From Candidatus Melainabacteria bacterium 17Bon1m (GTDB lineage Bacteria; Cyanobacteriota; Vampirovibrionia; Obscuribacterales; Obscuribacteraceae): 64,000 nt of DNA. The stretch covers positions 928,001-992,000 of the forward strand of contig JAVLKG010000002.1 of NCBI GenBank assembly GCA_032128875.1, in the 5' to 3' direction. Position numbers and translations under genes: made by a program. The notes under the pieces were generated by a model, which worked only from the letters and a program-made list of their open reading frames with translations, searched no databases and had not been told where the DNA came from. This document shows, piece after piece, positions 40,901 to 47,497 of this stretch (positions are counted from its first letter, which is position 1; every line of letters begins with the position of its first letter).

Positions 40901-43313
40901 CGAATTCTCCAACACCTTGAACGGTCAAACGACCGGTGGCGGACCCGCTGCAGACAAAGCGTGGATGAACACGCAAATCAACGCACGCAAAGACCTGGCT
41001 TCCTTCTATGTTCGACTGGTAACCGACATAGATGAGAAGGGTCAGCCGATCATGAAGTCGGATGGCAAGCCTAGATACGTGCCCGACGCTTCCAAAGTCT
41101 TCAAGCCCGAAGAAGCGATGAAGGCAATAGACGAAGCAAAAGCGAAGTATAAGGAATTGCATGGCACCGATCTGGATAAAGATCCTGCCAAAGATCCGAC
41201 TCTGGCAGAATTGGCTAAAGGTATTTACGACAATAGCCCTGCCGAACTGCAGAAGAAGTACCAGAACGTTTCACGCTACTGGGATGAAGCGAAAGCAAGC
41301 ATTCCAACATTGGTCGCCGGCGTCGGCTCAGCTCTTTTGTTGGCCAAGTTCAAGCCATTGAGACCACTTATTGGCGAAAGTGCAGCCGCAACCTGGGGTA
41401 CCGCACTTGTCGGTGGATCTGGTGTCGCATCAGTGACGCACCACACCATGATGAACAACGTGCTTGGTCGTGAAGACAATACGTGGGGCAGAAGTATTGC
41501 CACCGGTACAGGTCTCACACTCGGCGGCGTCGGACTTATGAAAGTACCGAAGATGCTCTTCCGTAATGCCGATGATGTAGCTATGGCTTCTGTTATCGAA
41601 CGCGGCGGCGCCGGCGGTATGAAGTTCCATCCTGCTGTAGAAGGCGCAGCTCCTAAGCTGATGAACCTTGATGAACTCAAGGCTGCCAAAGACCTTCTCG
41701 GAACGAAGCAGGCAAGTATGACTGCCGAAGCGTTTGCAGCAGAGTCCAAGCAACTTGATTCACTGATAAGAGCCAGCCAAAACCGTGATGCTCTATGGGC
41801 ATTACAGGCAGGCAAGAATGGTGCCAAACTTACAGGCGGCTTTGATGCCGAATTGGCTAGAGCTGCAACTGGCGCAGATAAAGCCGCTTTGGTCGACAGA
41901 CTGGGCGGCGCCGTCAAGAAATTCGCACCGGAATTGAGACTTGCTCAAGAAGCGCCTAAGTACGGCGAAATTCTTGCGCAAAGAGGTGGCATTGTCGTCA
42001 AAGATCAAGCCATCGTTGAAAAACTGATTGCCGCTGATCTGCCGGTCATCAGAACCGCTGCCGGTGAGAACGTCCTGGCGATGAGAACAGCCGGCGAACT
42101 CGAGGCGGCACTCAAAGCAATTCCAAATATCGAGCCCAAACTGCTCGGTGCTAAGAATCTGAAGACTGCAACAGCGCAAGCGACTAAGATGCTTGATGAT
42201 TTGGCTGCCACCGGTCTGAAGGGCGACGACTTGCTCGCTCCAGCTCTGAAAAATGCCACACTGGAAAATCAGGCGCAGCTCAATCTCTTGCGTAATCTGG
42301 TTCCGGAAGCGGCAGCAGAAGCTAAATTGGCAGGACGTTTCGGCGGCGTTGCTCAATTGGAAAGAGAGGGCTTGCTCTCCAAAGGTTACGGATTTGCCAC
42401 CGGTAAGTTTGGAGCTCCTATCATCGGTACGACCGCTGGGTTCGGACACGAACTATACAGTTCGAATGCCGAAAACAGAGACTTCAGCTTCGGCAACGCA
42501 GCAGTCAAATCGGCACTCGTTGCCGGCGGACTCTGGGGAGGCGGCAAAGTCATCGAATATGGACACGGTATCGTTAAGCCGATGGGCGCTAAGACTTTCG
42601 CTGATCTCGGTCACTCGCGCTTCATGGCCGGATCTGCCGGCGGAGCCGCCTTCTACTCGGGTTCCAACTACTTACCTGCATGGCAGCACATGTACGGTGG
42701 AGAAGGTAATCTCGATCCGAAGACAGGTAAGCCTTACGAATTCAACTTCAGCAACGCCATCGTTGCTCCAGCCTGGAAAGACGCCGGAGACAACATCTTC
42801 GTCAGCTCCTTCCTGCTGGGCGGTATGGCTGCCAAACCGGGTCAAGCAATTTTGGCTCAAGCTCCTTGGGCTAATTCGAGAATGCTCTGGAAGCCTTTCT
42901 CTGCAGCCGGCGGCGTATTCACCGGTTCTACCTGGAACTACCTGGGCGCTCGCTCCATGCCTGTTCTAGGAGAAATCGGACCAGCGCTGAGCACCAACAT
43001 GGCAATGGGCCAGTTCGAGTTGCTCAACAATCTCTCCAACAGAGACGCTGGTCGCCAATACACCGATGCCTTGAAGATGAAGGACCAGCAGATCACCGAC
43101 GAGTCGCCTGAAGCGATTCAGAAACGTCTGGCTGACTTGAAAGCGCAGCAAGAAAAACAGCAGCAACAGCAGCAACAACAACAGCAAGAACAGCAAAAGC
43201 AACAACAACAGAAGAAGCCAGATGCCCAACCAGGTACCCAGCAAGGGACTGAGCAAGGCAATGGAAATCAGCCTCGTCCGGAAAATCCGGACTTGACCGG
43301 CGGCGTTCAATAA
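37917..43313 (+). CDS. Giant (~1798 aa) helical-repeat protein with Gly/Ala-rich hydrophobic C-terminal region
   Basis: Long uninterrupted ORF; GAGG RBS before ATG 37917 (MVEGNQ); no Sec signal; poly-Q tail. Confidence 0.85.
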   Translation: MVEGNQVPGGEEIGTRRDVVAENNVQPAADRWQEDYQRTVGFQPQDGTSERQQVAAGYDRNLGYDRIAVGNTALGQRIDNITNLLAMGERSAGNLQDVNRFYGRAQKEADDLFSVAAQNVMKGREDYRAILSAKSPQEVFQGVEASIQKQTQVLQQQLQQERDPARARRLEQILAMEQERAQTLERMKQTNNPQELNRLLMYDAFSAQRIDLSQKMMNERDPNQVRLMAEAEQNLHTVQRAPGFTRANYGMLLMRMGQYDPNRPDNAALRALQDAASVDPEMVPNPNSADPARRMGDPNFMRVASDITRMSPDDPNFARAMAPIFNRDINRSPSPLQAAENTNPNARYSQVQEQPYQPARDGGNRPLEQQRVTDQTQGVTPLVNGKTPFQRVQELGKVVEAQGLTPDVRQAYVSAIQDSDKGTSPRVAELQAQLAQLEQKQQALAQKVQEVQQSPEIAQLVQSGMAKLKARPEAEQQQLKALTEQLQKTQDKAEREKLLGDINKICPEFVQVTKLLEQKLKPFTDELQQIQQQGAALTNDLIGEMNQSSATRMEYAEKLMKSDKPEDKEAAKQLLIESVAKAKPEQREAFAQYAQQLGLTKQELEQGLAKIPQAQVERSATQPGAQPGVETGERTGAGKLIDENKKAFDAAQDKKAKLAEMQGSFKKAITDADKEFADAETRYNALDAAHTKAANDMPAEDKAKFQKMLTQGTPDAEKQALQQELSTKYANIVQMETEMKAIKDGALDLALNKFEARYEFARASNLGGDDATAKAMMSEGIKTLTKDVGTELTAKVMEDPGVADVAKKLGVDANALMKEAAAEAPAAQPGSDTAGATGDLQGTLRVANARMQKGDIAGAKQAYESAIKMVDASFNPDENNRKIKEAQDLLEKGNLTIEQRLQKQQEIAGYFNQAYQAFDIRSGYARILAHPNYNQNAAAEAAFKDAVAAADKVPVQAMKRQIGLLANDIGTFQTAYEQATGDRKTQIEQAQAFLSEFSNTLNGQTTGGGPAADKAWMNTQINARKDLASFYVRLVTDIDEKGQPIMKSDGKPRYVPDASKVFKPEEAMKAIDEAKAKYKELHGTDLDKDPAKDPTLAELAKGIYDNSPAELQKKYQNVSRYWDEAKASIPTLVAGVGSALLLAKFKPLRPLIGESAAATWGTALVGGSGVASVTHHTMMNNVLGREDNTWGRSIATGTGLTLGGVGLMKVPKMLFRNADDVAMASVIERGGAGGMKFHPAVEGAAPKLMNLDELKAAKDLLGTKQASMTAEAFAAESKQLDSLIRASQNRDALWALQAGKNGAKLTGGFDAELARAATGADKAALVDRLGGAVKKFAPELRLAQEAPKYGEILAQRGGIVVKDQAIVEKLIAADLPVIRTAAGENVLAMRTAGELEAALKAIPNIEPKLLGAKNLKTATAQATKMLDDLAATGLKGDDLLAPALKNATLENQAQLNLLRNLVPEAAAEAKLAGRFGGVAQLEREGLLSKGYGFATGKFGAPIIGTTAGFGHELYSSNAENRDFSFGNAAVKSALVAGGLWGGGKVIEYGHGIVKPMGAKTFADLGHSRFMAGSAGGAAFYSGSNYLPAWQHMYGGEGNLDPKTGKPYEFNFSNAIVAPAWKDAGDNIFVSSFLLGGMAAKPGQAILAQAPWANSRMLWKPFSAAGGVFTGSTWNYLGARSMPVLGEIGPALSTNMAMGQFELLNNLSNRDAGRQYTDALKMKDQQITDESPEAIQKRLADLKAQQEKQQQQQQQQQQEQQKQQQQKKPDAQPGTQQGTEQGNGNQPRPENPDLTGGVQ
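43146..43211 (+). repeat. CAG/CAA-rich poly-glutamine coding tract
   Basis: Encodes QQEKQQQQQQQQQQEQQKQQQQ. Confidence 0.9.
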
Positions 43314-43317
43314 AATC

Positions 43318-43343
43318 GTGGCTTCTGCTTGCGTAGAAGCCAC
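43318..43343 (+). terminator. Hairpin after the first giant gene
   Basis: GTGGCTTCT-N8-AGAAGCCAC, 4 nt after the stop; weak U-tract. Confidence 0.55.
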
Positions 43344-43592
43344 ACTGATTCCTGAAATTCGTGGAGGCGAATTATCAAAACGGGGTTATATTATAGATAA
43401 GATTTTTTATCTGGAGATTCCTGACTAAGGAACCTCCGGATAGCTACTTAAGGGACCCAGGAAAGCAAATTGAGCAGCGGAGATTTAGCCCAAAACAGCC
43501 AGAGAGTGTCCAGAAAGTTTGTATCCCGTATACATGCAGACAAGCACCTTTGCGCTACCAAATTTGCTCTCCGAAAAGAGGTTACTACCTAA

Positions 43593-46500
43593 ATGGTTGA
43601 ACGAAATCAGTACGAGCCAAGTCTGAAGCCCATCAATCAGGGCGACGTCCAAGGTGAAGGTGAAAACCAGAACACCGAAAACGCCCAATTGACGTATTCA
43701 GATGTTATGCGTGCCAAATACGAAGCACCGCAACGCGCCGAGACTCAACAAGTTTCCGATCGTACTAATGTTTCCGACGTCAAAGATCCGGACATCATCA
43801 AAGCTTTCACTCTGGTAGACAATGCCAAAGAAGCATCGATGCTTCTCAATATTCAAGAAAGCAAACAGCCCGACAACACAAAAGTTGAGATGGCTGATGC
43901 TAATGGTCGTCCATTTACTATTACTCTTGGCGAACTCAAGCAAAAGCTCATTGAAGATTTGACAAAGAATTCTGATTTTAAAGGATTCAACGATGCTGGT
44001 CAGCTGAGAGAATTCATCAGCAAGTCTACAGACGCCGCGCTTACTCTCAGCACACAAACCAGAGAGAAGTACGAGGCAAAATCAAGAGAGAGCGATACCA
44101 ACGTCAATGCTCGCAACGAGTTGGCTAAGCAACTTGGTTTTCAACCAACCACCCGTGAAATTCCGGACGGCAATGGCGGCAAGAAGTCCGTAACCTCTTA
44201 CGATATTACTCAAAAGGATATCGATGCCCGTTTGGCTACAACCACAGATGCTGGTCAGAAAGCCAACCTCGAAAAGCTCAAAGGTCTTTTGACCAATTAC
44301 GACAGTATTCAAAAAGAACGCAACGCACTTTCGGCCGTTGACGTTACCGCTGCTCAGTTGATGATGGGCGGTTTCACTCACAAGGCCGGTGAGCAAACTC
44401 TCGAAGGGTTGCCTGCAACCAGAAGCGAAGTTATGCGCTCTTACGAGATCATGAACAAGGCCGGTCGCGGCAACGCTCAACTCGAGCAGACTCCTCAGTT
44501 CCAAATGGTGAAGGAGCAATCCAGCGCCATGTACGCCGACATCCAACTGCAACGCAGCAAAGATGCCGTCAATGCGCTGCAGGAAGCAGACAAATTGAGA
44601 GTCGCCGGCAAGCCCACCGAAGCTCAAGCAAAGTACGAAGAAGCCCTTCAGAAAGTGAAAGGCGTCGACATGGCAACGATTACCACTCAGTGGCAATCGC
44701 AAATGAGAGAGTTCAATACTGTTCAAGAGAAATTGACCGCGCTCGGCAATCCTCCTTCCAATCCGCAAGAAGCGCAGCGTCTTGCTACCGAACTTCAACA
44801 GCGCCAACAAATCGGTTTGCAACTCGAGCAAATCATTCAAGTCGGCAAAGAAGTAAAAACCGAATACGCACGTTTTCTCAATGAGCAAGGCAAGCCTGGC
44901 GAAGCGCTTCCGCTCTTGACCAGCGTCGCTTCCGGAACTCCTCAAGAATTGCTCGCCGGTGATACTACTTTCACCGAGCAGTTGGAAAAAGCTCAAAGCC
45001 TCGGCTCGATCACCAGCGGTGATGCCGAAAAGCACCGCGTCCTTTATGAACAAGCGATGGCTTCCAAAGATTGGACGACTGCCGAGCGCGAAATGGCTGC
45101 TCTCAAAGCTGCTTCAACCAAAGCATCTGAAGCCACCATCCAAGGTGCCAAAGATCGCGTCGCCGTAATGGACAAGAGACAAGCAGAGCTCAAGGCCGAA
45201 GCGGAAGACTTGAAAAAGAACACCACTATGGATGCTGATGCAAAAGCTCTTCGTCAACAACAAATTGATGCAGAGTTGAAAGGCTACGATGTTCTGCGCA
45301 AAGGGTTGTCCGATGGAATTCCGGCTGCCGAGAAAGCTGCTAAAGAGCATGCTAATCAGCTTCGCTACATGGAAGGCATCATTGCTTATTCCAAAGAAGA
45401 CAAAGAAACAGCACACAAAATCTTCAAAGAACTGGAAGCAGAAGCGCCAGAAATCGCCAGCAACAAAGACTACCAATTGGATGCTTTGCTCGAAGACACT
45501 CGCAAGAAAGGCTGGCTCGAGCGTCACTGGGATACGATTGTGAGCGTAGGCAAGATTGTTGCCGTAGTTGGTGCAATCGCTGTTGCCGGTGCAGTCACCG
45601 GTGGTGTCGGAGCAGTCGCACTCGCTGGTGCACTCGGCGCCGCTGGCGTATTCACTGTCGGCGCTGTCGGACACGGTGTTGCCAAAGCCAACGACTGGAA
45701 GTCCACAGACAACTATCACAACTGGAGACCAGGACAAGATTTGCTTATGGGTGCAGCCGGCGGCGCCGGCGGTGCTGCATTGCAAGGACTGTTCGCTGCC
45801 GGCGGAACCGCTGGTTTGGGCGGCAGAATGGTGGCAGCCGGCGGCAGAATTGCTGCAGCAGAAGGCGGCGCAACATTCGGCTCGACAGCTCTCAATGTAG
45901 GCGGCAACGCTCTCATCAGAGGCACTCAACTGGCATCACAAGCCACCACCTTCAAGGGTGCTCTCACCGTGGGTGCTACCTACGGATATGGCGGCGAAGC
46001 AGTAAACTCGTTGACTACCGGAAAACAATTCAGCTTTGGCGATGCCACCAGCAAGACTGCTGGCATGAGCACAGCCCTCTTCTTAGCCGGCAGGACTGGT
46101 GGACTTGGTTCATTCAAGGGCTCGATGGTATACGGCGGCGTCCGAACCGTAGAAGAGCAAGGCAGAGATGTTGTACACGGCAAAGACATCAGTCAAGCGG
46201 CTATGGACAGTCTTGGCAGCTTCGGAAAACACAGCTTCGACGCATTTGCAGTCGGCACCATCGCCAATATGAACGCCGCAGCGCAAGCCGGCAGATTCCA
46301 ATTGGCAAGAGCATTGCCCGAAGGTCAAGCGCTCAACTGGAATTCTGCTCGTCAGTTTGCGGTCAACCTGCCAGGTGCAACCGGCAGCAACCTCCTGTCG
46401 CAAGGCAGATTGGTGTTCAAAGAAGGCATGACCATGACCGGCAAGCAAGGCGCCGTTGTGGGCGCGCTCGGTACCGGACTTGTAGGCTGGCAAGTGCACC

Positions 46501-46643
46501 AAGGTGATGTTGCTTACGATGAAAGCCGCACTGCCAAGACCTGGGATACTCAGGATAATATGACCCGCATGAGAATGAACCAAACAATGGAAGCACTCTC
46601 AAAACCAGTGCCAAAACCGGTCATCAGACGTCCGCAACCGTAA
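43593..46643 (+). CDS. Large (1016 aa) helical protein with Gly/Ala-rich multi-hydrophobic C-terminal region
   Basis: GAGG RBS; MVERNQ start; coiled coils; long hydrophobic stretch IVSVGKIVAVVGAIAVAGAVTGGVGAVALAGALGAAGVFTVGAVG. Confidence 0.85.
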   Translation: MVERNQYEPSLKPINQGDVQGEGENQNTENAQLTYSDVMRAKYEAPQRAETQQVSDRTNVSDVKDPDIIKAFTLVDNAKEASMLLNIQESKQPDNTKVEMADANGRPFTITLGELKQKLIEDLTKNSDFKGFNDAGQLREFISKSTDAALTLSTQTREKYEAKSRESDTNVNARNELAKQLGFQPTTREIPDGNGGKKSVTSYDITQKDIDARLATTTDAGQKANLEKLKGLLTNYDSIQKERNALSAVDVTAAQLMMGGFTHKAGEQTLEGLPATRSEVMRSYEIMNKAGRGNAQLEQTPQFQMVKEQSSAMYADIQLQRSKDAVNALQEADKLRVAGKPTEAQAKYEEALQKVKGVDMATITTQWQSQMREFNTVQEKLTALGNPPSNPQEAQRLATELQQRQQIGLQLEQIIQVGKEVKTEYARFLNEQGKPGEALPLLTSVASGTPQELLAGDTTFTEQLEKAQSLGSITSGDAEKHRVLYEQAMASKDWTTAEREMAALKAASTKASEATIQGAKDRVAVMDKRQAELKAEAEDLKKNTTMDADAKALRQQQIDAELKGYDVLRKGLSDGIPAAEKAAKEHANQLRYMEGIIAYSKEDKETAHKIFKELEAEAPEIASNKDYQLDALLEDTRKKGWLERHWDTIVSVGKIVAVVGAIAVAGAVTGGVGAVALAGALGAAGVFTVGAVGHGVAKANDWKSTDNYHNWRPGQDLLMGAAGGAGGAALQGLFAAGGTAGLGGRMVAAGGRIAAAEGGATFGSTALNVGGNALIRGTQLASQATTFKGALTVGATYGYGGEAVNSLTTGKQFSFGDATSKTAGMSTALFLAGRTGGLGSFKGSMVYGGVRTVEEQGRDVVHGKDISQAAMDSLGSFGKHSFDAFAVGTIANMNAAAQAGRFQLARALPEGQALNWNSARQFAVNLPGATGSNLLSQGRLVFKEGMTMTGKQGAVVGALGTGLVGWQVHQGDVAYDESRTAKTWDTQDNMTRMRMNQTMEALSKPVPKPVIRRPQP

Positions 46644-46707
46644 CTTCATTTATATCTGAGTCCGAGTCGGACAATCTTGTATAAGCGCATGACTTATACT
46701 GGAGGAC

Positions 46708-47466
46708 ATGCCGCATCTTTCGGTAATCATTCCGGCTTACAACGAAGAAAAGAGGTTGCCGACTACGCTCGAGTCGGTGCATGCTTTCTTGTCTGAAACC
46801 GGTCAAGACTTTGAAATAATCGTTGTTGACGACGGCAGCAGCGATAATACAAAGGCGGTTGTCAACGACTTTGCGGGTACGCACTGCAGCGTCAGGTTGA
46901 TTGCGCATACACCGAATATGGGCAAAGGATATTCAGTGCGTGAGGGTATGCTCAAAGCGCAGGGAGAATATCTCCTGCTTGATGATGCTGACGGTGCTTC
47001 GCCGATTGCTGAAGTCGTGCGACTGCTGAGCGCAATTGAAGCTGGGGCCGATGTGGCGATTGGCTCACGTGCTAAGCCAGGCGACGAAACTGTTGTGAAG
47101 GCTCTCTCTCACCGCAAACATATCGGCAATACATTCAATTTGATTGTTCAATCGTCATTGCTGCCGGGGATACAAGACACGCAATGCGGTTTCAAACTTT
47201 TTAAGCGAGATGTTGCCATGGATTTGTTCTCGATTGCGAGATTGAACCGCTACGCTTTCGATGTGGAAATACTCTATCTGGCAAGAATGAAAGGCTATGA
47301 GATTGCTGAAGTGCCAATCAATTGGACCAATGTCGAAGGCTCCAAAATAAATCTCGTGACTGATCCTATGAGTATGCTTTTTGAAATCGGCAAAGTAATT
47401 CTTGGGCGTATGCTTGGAAGTTATGGCAAATTGTCGAAGTCCAAGCAACGGCCGTCCGACGGCTAA
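46708..47466 (+). CDS. GT2 polyprenyl/dolichyl-phosphate glycosyltransferase (ALG5/DPM-like)
   Basis: SVIIPAYNEE, VVDDGSSD, NMGKG, DADG, DTQCGFKLF, FDVEIL. GGAGG RBS. Confidence 0.9.
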   Translation: MPHLSVIIPAYNEEKRLPTTLESVHAFLSETGQDFEIIVVDDGSSDNTKAVVNDFAGTHCSVRLIAHTPNMGKGYSVREGMLKAQGEYLLLDDADGASPIAEVVRLLSAIEAGADVAIGSRAKPGDETVVKALSHRKHIGNTFNLIVQSSLLPGIQDTQCGFKLFKRDVAMDLFSIARLNRYAFDVEILYLARMKGYEIAEVPINWTNVEGSKINLVTDPMSMLFEIGKVILGRMLGSYGKLSKSKQRPSDG

Positions 47467-47497
47467 AACGCAGGTTCTTGCCAATCAGGCAGCAGTA

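Noticed and set aside
37839-43534. Shared TCCCnnATACA motif about 60-70 nt upstream of both giant genes (37839-49 and 43524-34)
   Set aside because: Only 9 fixed bases in two instances; could be chance. Needs genome-wide motif enrichment to support.
37917-46643. Prophage tape-measure interpretation of the giant genes
   Set aside because: No phage structural, terminase or integrase genes nearby; the flanks are mutS2 and glycosyltransferases.
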